A stretch of DNA of 64,000 bases from an uncultured Rubrobacteraceae bacterium (GCA_902806065.1 CADCVE010000089.1:5295-69294); one strand, 5' to 3'; positions 43,929-55,159 are shown, counted from the first letter of the stretch. Notes: generated from the sequence alone by a model not told the origin. Translations and numbers: made by a program.

Positions 43929-45836
43929 CTAGTGCCGGTCGAGCTTGCGGGCGACCTCGTTAGTGCCGATGCGGTAGCAGATAGAGCGGCCGTGTGGGCA
44001 TGTGGCGGGGAGCCGACTGGTGAGCCAGCTCTCTATCAGCGCCTCCATCTCTGGATGGGAAAGCCTGTCGCCGAGCTTCACCGCCGAGTGGCAGGCGATA
44101 GTAGCTAGGATGTGATCCTCGCGGCGGCGGCCCGGTTCGGTTCCTTTGGCGGCGGCGAGAGCCTCCCTGAAAGCGCCAGCCACGTCCCGATCCGCCAGGG
44201 TGGAGATGACGCCCGTAATCCTCATAGAGCTGGGTCCGAAGGGCTCGGCCTCGAAGCCGTACACCGCTAACTCCTCCAGGTACTCGGCGGCATCGGTGGC
44301 CTCGCCGGGCGAGAGTTCCACCACCTCGGGGATGAGTAGAGTTTGCGTGCTCGCGGAAGCCTCACCCTCCGGTCCTCCCTCGGCGTCGTTCCAGCGATCC
44401 AGGATCGCCCGCTCATGGGCGACGTGTTGGTCCACGATCCACAGTGACCCTGGCTCCTCGACGAGTATGTAACCCGCCGCAAGCTGTCCGATGACCCGCA
44501 GTTCTTCAAGGCGTGGCAAAGCCCCACGCTCCGGCAACTCCGGTGCCTCGAACTTCTCCTGAGAGGCTGTACCTGGGACTGCTTCCGAGAGCGGCTTCGA
44601 AGCCTCGGCGAGACGTTCGCGTACTTCGCCGAGATCACGGACCGGAGGAGAGTAGCCGGGACCGCTCTCGGCCACGCGCGCGTAGCTCGGGGGCAGAGTA
44701 CGAGAAGCTGGGAAGCTCTCCTGCGTATAAGCGCGCTCTGATGGGCGCGGGGCTGCGGACGGTGAGGGTGGGCGCCACTCTATTGCTTCGCGGATCGCGG
44801 TGGCTACGGCTGCCCGAGCGGCTCGTTCTTCGGAGAAGCGTACGATCTGTTTGGTCGGATGAACGTTTACGTCCACCCTACGAGGGTCCACCTCGATGCG
44901 CAGCGCGACCGGCGGGTAGCGGCCTGAGGGGAGGGTTGCCCGGTAAGCGTCGTCTATACCTCGGGTGAGGTTCTCGGCCCGTACCCAGCGGCCATTCACC
45001 GCGACCGTCTGGCTGGAGCGGGTACCCTCCGTCAGGCTGGGTAGCGCCGCGTACCCGGAGATCTCGAAAGCACCGGACTCGTGCTCGACCTTTCGCATCG
45101 CGCGAGCCTTGGCGACACCGTGGACCTGGGCGAGGCGCTCGCGTAAATCCCCGGCGTGAGGCAAAGATATATAGTCCCGGCCCTTCTCGGTGAGGCGAAA
45201 GGCTACCGGCGGGTGAACGATGGCCAAGTGGGTAAGTGCCTCCACTATCGCCGCCCGCTCCGCCCGCGCGCCCTTGAGAAACGCCCGCCGCGCCGGGACG
45301 TTGTAGAAGAGCCTGTCCACGAGTATGGAGGTTCCTCTCGGATGTGAGGTGTGGGAGACTCGGGGAGTCTCTCCGCCATCCACCGTGACTTTGGTGCCGT
45401 GAGTTTCGCCGGTCGAGGTAGTCAGGCAGAAGGCCGAGACGCTCGCCACGGAGGCGAGTGCTTCTCCCCGGAAGCCAAGGGTAGTTACGCCTTCGAGGTC
45501 GGAGACTTCCTGGATCTTGCTGGTCGCATGTCTCAAGACCGAGAGCGCTGCGTCCTCCGGGGACATGCCCGAGCCGTCGTCCCGGACGAGGATATGCGAC
45601 GTGCCGCCGTCGCCCAGTTCGACCTCTACCCTTGTAGCTCCAGCGTCCAGAGAGTTCTCGACCAACTCCTTGACCACGGAGGCCGGCCGGTCCACTACTT
45701 CACCGGCTGCCACCTGCTGGGCGACCCTCGGGTCCAGAACGCGTATGCTCAAAGATTTATGAGGATCATAGTGACCATAAGATACAAAGATTCTACACGG
45801 ATAGGCGGCTTTTCCCACGGCCTCTGGCGGAGACAT
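43929..45836 (-). CDS. mutL: DNA mismatch repair protein MutL
   Basis: [44 protein letters not shown]...[15 protein letters not shown] is the GHKL N-terminus. The C-terminal dimerisation/endonuclease region is present. The true start may be TTG 45752 (MSIRVLDP). Confidence 0.85.
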   Translation of the reverse strand: MSPPEAVGKAAYPCRIFVSYGHYDPHKSLSIRVLDPRVAQQVAAGEVVDRPASVVKELVENSLDAGATRVEVELGDGGTSHILVRDDGSGMSPEDAALSVLRHATSKIQEVSDLEGVTTLGFRGEALASVASVSAFCLTTSTGETHGTKVTVDGGETPRVSHTSHPRGTSILVDRLFYNVPARRAFLKGARAERAAIVEALTHLAIVHPPVAFRLTEKGRDYISLPHAGDLRERLAQVHGVAKARAMRKVEHESGAFEISGYAALPSLTEGTRSSQTVAVNGRWVRAENLTRGIDDAYRATLPSGRYPPVALRIEVDPRRVDVNVHPTKQIVRFSEERAARAAVATAIREAIEWRPPSPSAAPRPSERAYTQESFPASRTLPPSYARVAESGPGYSPPVRDLGEVRERLAEASKPLSEAVPGTASQEKFEAPELPERGALPRLEELRVIGQLAAGYILVEEPGSLWIVDQHVAHERAILDRWNDAEGGPEGEASASTQTLLIPEVVELSPGEATDAAEYLEELAVYGFEAEPFGPSSMRITGVISTLADRDVAGAFREALAAAKGTEPGRRREDHILATIACHSAVKLGDRLSHPEMEALIESWLTSRLPATCPHGRSICYRIGTNEVARKLDRH

Positions 45837-45894
45837 CGGAAAGGTTTTCGATTGGACGTCTCAAGCGGCTCTTATAAGTGTACAATCCGACCCT

Positions 45895-46425
45895 ATGTCT
45901 AGTGAGAGCGTGCAATCGAACGACAGCGGCAAGTCTTCTCCAAAGTCCGGGAAGGGGACACTGCCCCTCAAGGACGTAGGTAAGCTCGTGCAGCTTCTGG
46001 CTGACAGCGGGGTCGGTGAGATCCGGGTCAAGCAGGGGGAACTGGAGATAACGGTGAAGGCCAGGACCGAGGCTTCAACACCTGTTGGACCTTCCGAAGC
46101 GGTGTACGGGACTCCGGTTATGCCCGGGAAGGAGACTGTGGCCGTCCCCGAGGTAGACTCCTCACTGGAGCGGAATGGTGGTTTGCACGTTATGCGTTCC
46201 CCGGTGGTAGGGACGTTCTACCGGGCGCCGGCGCCGGGAGAGGAGCCATACGTCGAGGTTGGGGACCGCGTCGGGAAAGGGCAGACGCTGTGCATCGTCG
46301 AGGCTATGAAGCTGATGAACGAGATCCCGGCCGACGAATCGGGTGAGGTGGTCGAGATTCTGGTCGAGAACGCTAACGGCGTGGAGTACGATCAGCCGCT
46401 CTTCCGCATCCGGCCCGAAGTTTAG
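45895..46425 (+). CDS. accB: Acetyl-CoA carboxylase biotin carboxyl carrier protein
   Basis: Biotinylation motif [12 protein letters not shown] in a C-terminal lipoyl-like domain. Located immediately upstream of accC. Confidence 0.85.
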   Translation: MSSESVQSNDSGKSSPKSGKGTLPLKDVGKLVQLLADSGVGEIRVKQGELEITVKARTEASTPVGPSEAVYGTPVMPGKETVAVPEVDSSLERNGGLHVMRSPVVGTFYRAPAPGEEPYVEVGDRVGKGQTLCIVEAMKLMNEIPADESGEVVEILVENANGVEYDQPLFRIRPEV

Positions 46426-46434
46426 AGCGAAACC

Positions 46435-47838
46435 GTGATCAACAAGGTGCTCGTGGCGAACCGGGGGGAGGTGGCGTTACGCGTGATCCGCGCTTGCCGG
46501 GAGCTAGGAGTGCGCAGCGTCGCGGTCTACTCGACGGCCGACGCGGACTCCCTGCACAAGCTCCTGGCCGACGAGGCTATCTGTATCGGGCCGCCCGAAG
46601 CCCGGAGTAGCTACCTGAACATCCCCGCGATTATCTCCGCCGCCGAATTGACCGGTGCGGACGCTATCCACCCAGGATACGGCTTCCTCGCGGAGAACGC
46701 CCGCTTCGCGGAGATCTGCGAGGCATGCAACATCAAGTTCCTCGGCCCCTCCTCCCGGGTGATAGCTCGCATGGGCGATAAGGCCGCGGCACGACAGGTA
46801 GCCTCTATGGCAGGCGTCCCCATTACTCCGGGCAGTGATGGTCCATGCTGGAGCGCAGCGGAGGTCAAGCGAGTGGGAGCGGAGATTGGATACCCACTGG
46901 TTATAAAGGCCAGCGCCGGTGGCGGGGGCAAGGGGATGCGTGTGATCCAGGCCGAAGACGAGATCGAGTCGGCCTTTATGTCAGCGAGCCGGGAGGCGGG
47001 GGCTGCTTTCGGTGATGGCGCGGTATACGCCGAGCGCTACATGCAAGAGTTGCGACACGTGGAGGTACAGGTCCTCGCTGATGGACGTGGTGACGCGGCG
47101 ATCTTCCCGGAGAGAGACTGCTCGATCCAACGCCGCTACCAGAAGCTGGTCGAGGAGTCCCCGGCCCCGAACCTGCCCGAAGCCGCACGTGAAGGCATGA
47201 AAGCCGCCTCCACAGCACTGGTCAACTCTTTGGGCTACGAGAGCGCGGGGACGGTGGAGTTCGTGTGTATAGGGGAGGAGTTTTACTTTATCGAGATGAA
47301 CACGCGACTGCAGGTCGAGCATCCCGTGACCGAGATGATAACGGGCGTGGACCTCGTCGCCGAGCAACTAAGAATAGCGTCTGGGGAGGGGCTGTCGGTC
47401 TCGGGGGACGTGGCGTTGCGGGGGCATGCGATGGAGTTCAGGATCAACGCCGAAGACCCGCGGCGCAACTTCCTGCCCCAGACAGGCCTGGTCGAGTTCT
47501 ACAACCCACCTGGTGGCCCGGGTGTTCGGGTAGACTCGCACCTCTACGCGGGCTTCAAGGTCGCGCCGTACTACGACTCGTTGCTCGCCAAGCTGATCGT
47601 GCATGCGGAGGGCAAAGCCGCGAGGAACGCGACTTTGAGGCGCGGAGCGCGTGCTCTGGACGAATTCGCGGTGGCGGGTCTGGAGACGACGCTGCCGCTG
47701 CACCTCGCCATCCTGGAGGATGAGGAGTTCCGGCGGGGCGGGGTCTCGACGAGCTTCCTCGCGGAGCGCGAGCTCAAGAGCGACGGAAGGGGGCTTTTAC
47801 AGCTCGTAGCAGCCAACCGGTCCCCTTCTCCAACTTAG
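46435..47838 (+). CDS. accC: Acetyl-CoA carboxylase biotin carboxylase subunit
   Basis: KVLVANRGEVALRVIRACRELG...IHPGYGFLAEN...VIKASAGGGGKGMRV...FIEMNTRLQVEHPVTE. Confidence 0.9.
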   Translation: MINKVLVANRGEVALRVIRACRELGVRSVAVYSTADADSLHKLLADEAICIGPPEARSSYLNIPAIISAAELTGADAIHPGYGFLAENARFAEICEACNIKFLGPSSRVIARMGDKAAARQVASMAGVPITPGSDGPCWSAAEVKRVGAEIGYPLVIKASAGGGGKGMRVIQAEDEIESAFMSASREAGAAFGDGAVYAERYMQELRHVEVQVLADGRGDAAIFPERDCSIQRRYQKLVEESPAPNLPEAAREGMKAASTALVNSLGYESAGTVEFVCIGEEFYFIEMNTRLQVEHPVTEMITGVDLVAEQLRIASGEGLSVSGDVALRGHAMEFRINAEDPRRNFLPQTGLVEFYNPPGGPGVRVDSHLYAGFKVAPYYDSLLAKLIVHAEGKAARNATLRRGARALDEFAVAGLETTLPLHLAILEDEEFRRGGVSTSFLAERELKSDGRGLLQLVAANRSPSPT

Positions 47839-48931
47839 AAGGTCCTTCCTTCTCACGCGGCGGGTTCGGGTCCACGCCCTTCTCGTCCATACGCTTCGTC
47901 CACAGCTCCTGCACGAGGACTTGCAGCGCGGCGACCAGGGGAACCGCGAGCAAGATGCCGACCGCCGCGAAGAGGTTGCCCATGATCAGGAGCGCGAAGA
48001 CGATCACGACCGGATGCAGGGAGACCGCCCGGCTCATCACCACCGGTTGAATAAGGTTCGACTCGCAGAGTTGTATCACGAGGTACACCAGGAGAACCCA
48101 CAGGGCCATTATGGGATCCTGAAACAAAGCCACGATCACCGGCGGGACCGCGGAGACGATCGGCCCGACGAAGGGCACGAAGCACACCAGACCACCAAGG
48201 ATGCCGAAGAGAAGGGCGAACGGTACCCCGATTATGGACAGAGCCACGGTGTAGAGTATTCCGACGAGCACCATATCGGCCAGTTGCCCGAGAAACCAAT
48301 TCTGAATGGCTGTATACATCTCGCCGAGAATCTCCCGCACCCTCTCCCGCCTACGGGCTGGGAAGAGCGACACAAACCCGTTGACCAGGGGCTGAGGCTG
48401 CACCAACATGAAGATGGTCGAGACCAGGACCACGAGCGCCAGAGAGAGCAGGCTTACCGCGCTCGCGCCCACTCCCAGGATCGTCGAGAACGTATCGCCC
48501 GAGAGGACGCTCTGTGCCTGGCTCATAAGCTGTTGGGGGTCGGGGACAGAGCTGATCTCCAGCCCCAGGGCGGTTTGCGCTTGCTCGACCAGACCTTGCG
48601 CGTCGGAGAGGAGTGTCGGCAAGGTAGCGGCCAGTTGCCGGGCCTGGGCACCCACGGTCGGCGCCAGCACAAGCGCCGCCAGTACGAGAACGAGGGCCAG
48701 GCTTCCCAGCACTATCAGAGTCCCCAAACCTCGCCCTATCCCCTTGCGGGTAAGGTAATTCACCGGCCCGCTGACGATGATCGAGAGCAAGAGCGCCAAC
48801 AAAAAGGCTAGCACTACCTCCCGGATCTGGGACACGAGGTATATAGCGAGGAAGAGCGCGAAGGCCAGCGCGACACCAACGTAGATATTGCGCCTCTGCA
48901 TCCCCGGACTCGTATCCGTACTAGAGGTCAA
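47774..48931 (-). CDS. AI-2E family transporter (PerM/UPF0118)
   Basis: 8 TM segments. FVPFVGPIVSAVPPVIVAL is the family motif. Its 3' end overlaps accC convergently by 65 nt. Confidence 0.8.
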   Translation of the reverse strand: MTSSTDTSPGMQRRNIYVGVALAFALFLAIYLVSQIREVVLAFLLALLLSIIVSGPVNYLTRKGIGRGLGTLIVLGSLALVLVLAALVLAPTVGAQARQLAATLPTLLSDAQGLVEQAQTALGLEISSVPDPQQLMSQAQSVLSGDTFSTILGVGASAVSLLSLALVVLVSTIFMLVQPQPLVNGFVSLFPARRRERVREILGEMYTAIQNWFLGQLADMVLVGILYTVALSIIGVPFALLFGILGGLVCFVPFVGPIVSAVPPVIVALFQDPIMALWVLLVYLVIQLCESNLIQPVVMSRAVSLHPVVIVFALLIMGNLFAAVGILLAVPLVAALQVLVQELWTKRMDEKGVDPNPPREKEGPSKLEKGTGWLLRAVKAPFRRS

Positions 48932-49132
48932 AGAACCCTTCTTCCCGGCGTGCCTGTGCTGAACGTTCCACCCGGTCTTGTGCCTGGTGTCACTGCCGAT
49001 TATTCTCTAAATACATCCCGGCCAAACTCCGAGATGTATTTGGAGGCGTTCCCCCAACACTCGGCGTGCTATCGTTTATCATCCAGTCTTGGGTCCTTTC
49101 GGGTCCTCGTGCAACCAGTACAAAGGAGAGTC

Positions 49133-49963
49133 GTGGCGCAAGAGGTTTATCGGGAGGAAGAGAAGCTTCTCTTCGGCGGCATGGCACGCTATGGGGGCAT
49201 AGACTTCTTCGGGCCGAACTACAGTAGTTCCGCCGAGCGCCGGGACGGCAAGATCTACGTGTGGATAGACCCCTCGAAGCTCTGGCAACCGGAGGGCCTC
49301 CTGGCTCGAATCTCCCAGTGGCCCGTCCTGCGCTCCGTCTTTTTCTGGTTTCGCGTCTTGCTGCAGCTACTCGGCTCTATCTGGGCGCTTGTCTCCTTCG
49401 TCGGTATCATGGTAGTCCTCTACCTCCTCGTGTACCTGATGGATTTCGGGTCCGAGTCGATAGGAGGCCCACTCGGCGCCGTACTGGGCTTCTTAGCCAT
49501 ATTCCCGATCTTGCCTATACTTCTGCTCTTCTTCGCCAGCATGAAGTTCACTATTATCGGCCGCTACCACGGCGCCGAGCACAAGGCTGTCTCCGCCTAC
49601 GAGAAGTACGGTGAAGTCACCCTTGAAGGCGCGAAGAGCATGAGCCGCCTCCACCCCCGCTGCGGCACCAACATCCTCATCTATATAATCGCCGCCTCCC
49701 TCATAGCCCCACTGCCCCCGTTTGTCGATTGGACACCCTGGGCCGTCCTCCAATTCATCGTGATAAGCGAAGCTTGGTTCCTCTTTGGCAAGACTCGTGC
49801 CTCCGTCGCCATCGGCAACTTCATGCAGAGATACCTGACGACCTCCGAGCCCGGACGCAAGGAGCTAGAAGTCGCCGTCGAGTCGCTCAATGAGCTGCTG
49901 CGTGCCGAGAGGGGCGAGCGAGGGGCCGCCAAGGAGCCCGTATTGCTCTCGCCGAGGTATTAA
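49133..49963 (+). CDS. DUF1385-domain membrane protein
   Basis: RYHGAEHKAVSAYEKYGEVTLEGAKSMSRLHPRCGTNILIY is the DUF1385 signature. GTG 49133 follows AAAGGAGAG. The track start 48950 is unlikely. Confidence 0.75.
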   Translation: MAQEVYREEEKLLFGGMARYGGIDFFGPNYSSSAERRDGKIYVWIDPSKLWQPEGLLARISQWPVLRSVFFWFRVLLQLLGSIWALVSFVGIMVVLYLLVYLMDFGSESIGGPLGAVLGFLAIFPILPILLLFFASMKFTIIGRYHGAEHKAVSAYEKYGEVTLEGAKSMSRLHPRCGTNILIYIIAASLIAPLPPFVDWTPWAVLQFIVISEAWFLFGKTRASVAIGNFMQRYLTTSEPGRKELEVAVESLNELLRAERGERGAAKEPVLLSPRY

Positions 49964-50087
49964 CCGAGTTACACAGGGACTGTCTATTGTTTACCTTTGC
50001 CAGCGCAGGGGCGCTCTCTGCCCTCACGGCGTCCGTAGTGTTGGATGTTCGGCGAAGGAGCAAACTAGAGAGGAAGATTCAGAAGCG

Positions 50088-50471
50088 TTAGGTAACCCAG
50101 GTCACGCCGCGTTCTGGATCGCGCTTACCCAAACTTAGGCAGGAATCTACGCTTTCCATGAGGTTGGCTAGGATGATAGTTACCCAGCCTTCCACGTCTC
50201 CCTCCAAGACGTGCTCAGGCGGCTCCCTAATATCTTCTTGCGGCTCCATCGCCTGCATCCGGAATCCGTACGGAGGACCAAAGCCGCGAGCCTCCTCCCT
50301 CCTGAACAGCACGACGATCATATCCTCGCCCTCGTGCGTCTCAAGCATCACGTCCTCGGTGACAATACCCAACGAGTTAGTGACCGAGGGACCAGATTCG
50401 TCCCACTCCTCCTCGATCAGGCACTTACGCATGGTTGTCAGGACAAGCTGCTTGTAACGCTGCCTTAGCAC
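50088..50471 (-). CDS. Hypothetical acidic protein, no recognised family
   Basis: 127-aa ORF with protein-like composition and locally lower GC. No motif recognised. Confidence 0.4.
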   Translation of the reverse strand: MLRQRYKQLVLTTMRKCLIEEEWDESGPSVTNSLGIVTEDVMLETHEGEDMIVVLFRREEARGFGPPYGFRMQAMEPQEDIREPPEHVLEGDVEGWVTIILANLMESVDSCLSLGKRDPERGVTWVT

Positions 50472-50581
50472 TTCCTGGTTACCCTTCCACTTCAGGGACC
50501 TTCCCGTCCTGCTCTCGCCAAGGTATGAGCCCGTGGGTGAGAGCGGGACGGGGCCGCCTCGAACGGCTCGCTGGTTGACCG

Positions 50582-51325
50582 TTAGTTCGGCTGCTGGGTG
50601 GGGCGGATCAGTACTTCGTTGATGCTCACGCGCTCGGGCTGGGTCACGACGTAGGCGATGGCGTTGGCAATGTCCTCAGGTTGCAGGATGTCGAGCTCCA
50701 GGATGCCGCTCAGCGCCTCTTGCGCCTCTTCGTCGGTGATGTGGGTGGCGAGCTCGGTCTCCACGGCCCCTGGTTCGACCATCGTCACCCTGATGTTGTC
50801 CTCCAGAAGCTCTTCCCGGAGGGCCTCGGAGATGGCGTTCACGGCGAACTTCGTCCCTGAGTAGACCCCGGTCGTCGCCCGGCTCTTGCGCCCGGCGACG
50901 CTGCTGATGTTTACGAGGTGCCCCGAGCCTTGTTCCTTCATTATCTGTACGGCGGCGTCGGTGGCGTAGAGGAGGCCGAGTACGTTCACGTTGAACATCG
51001 TGCGCCACTCGTCTGATAAGCCCTTCTCCACCTTCGAGAGTTGCATGACACCGGCGTTGTTGACCAGAATGTCCACTCTCCCGTACTCGTCTCTTGCTTT
51101 CTGGATCAGGCCGTGCGCCTGCTCCTCGTCCGTTACGTCGCACTCGACCGGTAGAGCCTTGCCCCCGTTGCCGTTTATCCTTTCGACCAGATCGGAGAGC
51201 CGGTCCTCTCTACGAGCGGCCACCACCACCGAGGCCCCCTCCGCAGATAAAGCCTCCGCTGTCGCCTCGCCGATGCCGCTAGAAGCGCCGGTAATAATCG
51301 CGACCTTGCCGTCGAGCTTCGCCAT
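50582..51325 (-). CDS. SDR-family oxidoreductase
   Basis: TGASSGIGEA...NNAGV...YSGTKFAV. Confidence 0.85.
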   Translation of the reverse strand: MAKLDGKVAIITGASSGIGEATAEALSAEGASVVVAARREDRLSDLVERINGNGGKALPVECDVTDEEQAHGLIQKARDEYGRVDILVNNAGVMQLSKVEKGLSDEWRTMFNVNVLGLLYATDAAVQIMKEQGSGHLVNISSVAGRKSRATTGVYSGTKFAVNAISEALREELLEDNIRVTMVEPGAVETELATHITDEEAQEALSGILELDILQPEDIANAIAYVVTQPERVSINEVLIRPTQQPN

Positions 51326-51396
51326 ATTCGATGTCCTTTCCGTTCGAGAAGTTAGATTACATCTGATGTCTTACCCGTTACGGGTCTACCGCTAAG

Positions 51397-52380
51397 CTAC
51401 ACTTCTTGGACGGTGGCTCTTTCTATTGGAGAGACGAGCCGAAGGTAGGCGAGCGTCCAGTAGGAGTGGCTGAAGGTTCCCAGGGCACCGGAGGCCACGA
51501 TAAGGATTGGCAGCAGGATCAGGGCCGCCACTATGCCCGCCACGATGGCGGCGGTCGCGTAACCGGCGACGGCCAGGATAATAGTCGGGAGAAAAAGGAT
51601 AAAGCCCAGAATAAGCAAGACTATAAGCAGCACGATACCAGCCCCGATCGAGAGGGCGACCTGGATCAGCCACACCAGCAAGCTCCTGCCCAAATTACGC
51701 CGGAAGAGTCGGTACCCGCTCCCGACAGAGCCGACGACGCCCGTCCGGCCCACCACGATCTCCCGCAGGGCGAACTGTCCGATGATACTCAAGGGGATAA
51801 ACACGACGATCAAGATCACGATGACCGTCAGCCCCGCCAGAACGGCCGTGGCAATCCGCGCCCCAGTCGACTCCGTACCCGCGAACACGCCCACCACCAG
51901 CAGCGCGATCGGGATCCCGATCGAGAGCAGAAGGCCGAGCACAATCAGGATAAACAGCAGGTAATACCCGAGCACGCGCCAGAAATTAGAGACCCCGGCC
52001 CTGAAAGCAGAGGAGAAGCGCCGGCTCTCGTTGCGGTCTATCGCGGCAACGCTCTCCGCCAGCGCCCCCTGAGAGATCAGGGTCATGACGATAAAGAAGA
52101 GCACGACCAACACTATCAGGGTAATGATACCCAGGATCAGGATGAGATTGTCAGACATCAGTTGGCCAGGATCGAAGCCTTGCCCGGATACCTGGCTTCT
52201 GAAGTCGCCCCCTCCCGGCTCCCCAAAGTCTTCGTCGTCGAATCCTCCGGGGCCCCCCGAAGGGATGTTGAAGTTGGTGACGCCTGTGGACGTTCCGCCC
52301 GCGAAGAAGCCGAAGAACCACAGATAGCGGTTGCGCAACGTGAGCCAGAAGGCGTCCTTGATCAGGTCTCCGTAGTTCAC
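51397..52380 (-). CDS. Hypothetical polytopic membrane protein
   Basis: IKDAFWLTLRNRYLWFFGFFAGG followed by 6-7 TM segments. ATGA-type overlap (52377-52380) with the upstream ATP-grasp gene suggests co-translation. Confidence 0.6.
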   Translation of the reverse strand: MNYGDLIKDAFWLTLRNRYLWFFGFFAGGTSTGVTNFNIPSGGPGGFDDEDFGEPGGGDFRSQVSGQGFDPGQLMSDNLILILGIITLIVLVVLFFIVMTLISQGALAESVAAIDRNESRRFSSAFRAGVSNFWRVLGYYLLFILIVLGLLLSIGIPIALLVVGVFAGTESTGARIATAVLAGLTVIVILIVVFIPLSIIGQFALREIVVGRTGVVGSVGSGYRLFRRNLGRSLLVWLIQVALSIGAGIVLLIVLLILGFILFLPTIILAVAGYATAAIVAGIVAALILLPILIVASGALGTFSHSYWTLAYLRLVSPIERATVQEV

Positions 52381-53804
52381 CGCTCCAGCACCCAGGTATC
52401 TTTCATCTTGCCTCCGCTGGAGATGTTGACGACGTGCCTACCAGGCGCGGCCACACGCGTCAACGAACCGGGCACAATCTCCACCACGCCCGGATCTGTC
52501 GGGTCCGGTGCGAGCGCGAGTATCCGGTAGTCAGCGTAGGAGTCCTTGAGAGTGAAGCCGCCGCTGGCCGCGTCGGCCTCGCAGAGTACGTGCGTAGAGA
52601 AGTCGATCATCTCCTGCGCGATGTACTCCACCGGGTTACGCTCGACCATCCGGCGGAACCGCTCTATAGACTCCGAGGACTCCTCCGGCCCGATCATCAC
52701 CTCTTTGCCGCCGTACCCGCCCCGGCTCTTGACCACAAGCTCCCCGAAGTGCTCCATTACGTACTTGCGGTCCTCCAGAACCGCCAGCGACCACGTCTTC
52801 GCGTTGTGTATTAGCGGCTCTTCGCCGAGGTAGACCCGGACCATCTCGGGGACGAATGCCTCTACGCCCTTGTCATCCACGATCTCCGAGTTGGGTGCGA
52901 AGAGCACGTGTACCCTGCCCTCGACGTGGCAGTCTACTAACTCCGGCAACTCCGCGTACAGCGTATCCTCGTCCACCCGCTCGTAGATTACGTCTATCCG
53001 GCGGCCCGTTGGCTCGTGAACGAGGTAACCTTCCCGGTCGAACGTGAGTTCCCTGGTCTCCGCCAGGATCGCACCCATCTCCTTCGCGTAGATGTGATGG
53101 TCGAGGTAGAACTGGTCGGCCGGGCCGCTCGAAACCACCGCGAGCGTCGCCTCCAAACCCTTTGGCGACGCCGCCCGCAAGGAATCTCCCAGCCGCCCGA
53201 GCCACCCATCTAGCGACCGAACCGGAAGATGCCCCATGGCACCTGGGAAGAAGACCTCGCGGCTCATCCGGCGCCGCCGGGTCATGGCGGCGAGCCCCAC
53301 GGGCATCTTGGCGTTCTCTTCGAGGATGAGGTACTCCCAGCCGCCGGTCTGGCCCGCACGCTTGCTCTCCACCGCCACGACGTCAAAGGCGATCTGCCGA
53401 ACCGGTACCTCTCCGAAGCGGTTCGGCAGGGTCGGGTCGTAGAGAATACTCGTCTCTATGATCTCCTCTGGCACGACCTCCTCGTTGCCAGCCTGGAGCC
53501 TGCGCAGGAACTCGTTTACGGCGCGCATCCTCTGCGCCAAACCTTTCTCCAACCGTTCCCAGTCGTCTGCGGGTATGATGCGTGGCAACCAGTCGGTGGG
53601 GTGGGTCTTGTCGCCCTCCCGAATGCCGAAGGCGTACTGCTCTTCTAGAAGAAGTCCGTGCGCCCGGTGAAGGTTCTCGCCCCAGCGCTCGGGACCGGTC
53701 TTCTCCAGTTCCTCGAAGACGGCATTGTAGATAGGACGCGGGCCGTCTGAATCAAAGACCTCACTCGTGCCCGGTAGCGTGCGCTTGAATACGAAGGCTC
53801 CCAC
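52377..53804 (-). CDS. Circularly permuted type-2 ATP-grasp protein (DUF404/DUF407)
   Basis: PRPIYNAVFEELEKTGPERWGENLHRAHGLLLEEQYAFGI...PRIIPADDWERLEKGLAQRMRAVNEFL is the family's N-terminal pattern. Length 475 aa. Confidence 0.75.
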   Translation of the reverse strand: MGAFVFKRTLPGTSEVFDSDGPRPIYNAVFEELEKTGPERWGENLHRAHGLLLEEQYAFGIREGDKTHPTDWLPRIIPADDWERLEKGLAQRMRAVNEFLRRLQAGNEEVVPEEIIETSILYDPTLPNRFGEVPVRQIAFDVVAVESKRAGQTGGWEYLILEENAKMPVGLAAMTRRRRMSREVFFPGAMGHLPVRSLDGWLGRLGDSLRAASPKGLEATLAVVSSGPADQFYLDHHIYAKEMGAILAETRELTFDREGYLVHEPTGRRIDVIYERVDEDTLYAELPELVDCHVEGRVHVLFAPNSEIVDDKGVEAFVPEMVRVYLGEEPLIHNAKTWSLAVLEDRKYVMEHFGELVVKSRGGYGGKEVMIGPEESSESIERFRRMVERNPVEYIAQEMIDFSTHVLCEADAASGGFTLKDSYADYRILALAPDPTDPGVVEIVPGSLTRVAAPGRHVVNISSGGKMKDTWVLER

Positions 53805-53822
53805 AACGCGGGCATTATACTA

Positions 53823-54257
53823 GTGCCCTTCGGTTATGATGCCTTGATTGTAGAGATTATAAGGAGAATGGTAACGTTGAGTGAGAGGAATGCTGGGTCC
53901 GTCAGCAAAAGACAGGGAAATCCGGGCGATAACCAGAAGCGTACGGAGGCGGCGAAGTCGTTCCTCGCGTCGGTCTTGTGCCTCCTGGGTATCGTTGTTG
54001 CCCTGGGAGCGGTAATCTCTATTATCGTGGCTAGTGGGGCTTTTAGCATAGTATCCGCCGGAGCAATCGGCATTGGACTGGGCGTGGCTGGCTTCTTCCT
54101 CGGCGCGAACAGGTTCGGTACGGTGACCATCGTAGTCTCCATCGCCGCGCTCTTCTTCGGGCTCGCCGCGAGCCAGGGTCTCATCCCCGGCCTGGATGGT
54201 CAGGACCGCACCCTACCCGATCAGGAACCCGCCGCCAAGAGCCCCGACTCGAGCTAG
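53823..54257 (+). CDS. Hypothetical small membrane protein
   Basis: Three Gly/Ala-rich TM segments. The start is uncertain (GTG 53823 or ATG 53868). Confidence 0.4.
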   Translation: MPFGYDALIVEIIRRMVTLSERNAGSVSKRQGNPGDNQKRTEAAKSFLASVLCLLGIVVALGAVISIIVASGAFSIVSAGAIGIGLGVAGFFLGANRFGTVTIVVSIAALFFGLAASQGLIPGLDGQDRTLPDQEPAAKSPDSS

Positions 54258-54385
54258 TAGCCGGGAGCAACGCGCCCTGAACAACAGTTAGCGGGAGTTT
54301 CCGGGCTGCTAAACCTCGCAGTTTTCATACCGCCGCTTCGCGAACTGGTGTAGAGAGCCGGGACCGCTGGCGCTATACTGGCTGC

Positions 54386-55159
54386 GTGTTGGAGCAAGTG
54401 CGGCTTATACCACCGGGGGAGAAGCGGGAGCGGGGCGCGAAGGCGCGTCTCTACGTCCGCTGGATGCCCCACCTTGGAGCGGAGGCCGTGGCGCTCTACG
54501 AGTTGCTCCGCATCCTCCCAGATGTCGGCCATGACTGGGTCGCGGTGGAGGAACTCGCGGATCTCCTGCGCTCCACCCCGGAGAGCGTCGAGGATTCTCT
54601 GCGCACCCTCGTCGAGTTTGAGTTCGCGGTGGAGCGCGAGGGTTGGGTAGAGATCCTGGAACATCCGCCGGTAGCTCGCAAGACGGCCGAAGTCGGGGAG
54701 CTCAGGCAGGACAATGCCCCCTCGCAGACTCCCGTTAGGGAGATCGAGGTGGTAAGGGCCGAGCCGGAGGGGGTCTCGCCTGACGATTACTTCCGCTTTA
54801 TGGGGAGTGTGCCACCGCCGCATATACTAGAATTTCTGAACGGATACTGTGAGCGGGATGGCCTCGAACCGGCGGTAGTGCTGGAGGCCCTAAAGATCGC
54901 CAGCGAGCGGGACGCCAGGCGCGTCGGGTACGTGAGAAGTATCCTGGAGCGGTGGGTCGAGCGGGGAGTCAAGACGTTGGCCGACGTGGAGCGCTTCGAG
55001 AAGGACAGGCGTTTACGGCTAGTCGAGCAGAGCGGCGCCACGCGGGGTGGAGCGTTAAAGATAGGGGAACCGAAGCCCGGAGAGGAGGTGAGGCATGGAG
55101 CGAATCGACCGTCTGCTGCCCGACGCCGGGAAGGCTATGAGTGGCTCTTCGGCGAGTAG
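54386..55159 (+). CDS. DnaD-domain replication/primosome-organiser-like protein
   Basis: N-terminal wHTH-like LGAEAVALYELLR. The C-terminus ILEFLNGYCERDGLEPAVVLEALKIASERDARRVGYVRSILERWVERGVKTLADVERFE matches the DnaD/DnaB_2 domain. GTG lies 6 nt after TATACT (leaderless-like). Confidence 0.7.
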   Translation: MLEQVRLIPPGEKRERGAKARLYVRWMPHLGAEAVALYELLRILPDVGHDWVAVEELADLLRSTPESVEDSLRTLVEFEFAVEREGWVEILEHPPVARKTAEVGELRQDNAPSQTPVREIEVVRAEPEGVSPDDYFRFMGSVPPPHILEFLNGYCERDGLEPAVVLEALKIASERDARRVGYVRSILERWVERGVKTLADVERFEKDRRLRLVEQSGATRGGALKIGEPKPGEEVRHGANRPSAARRREGYEWLFGE

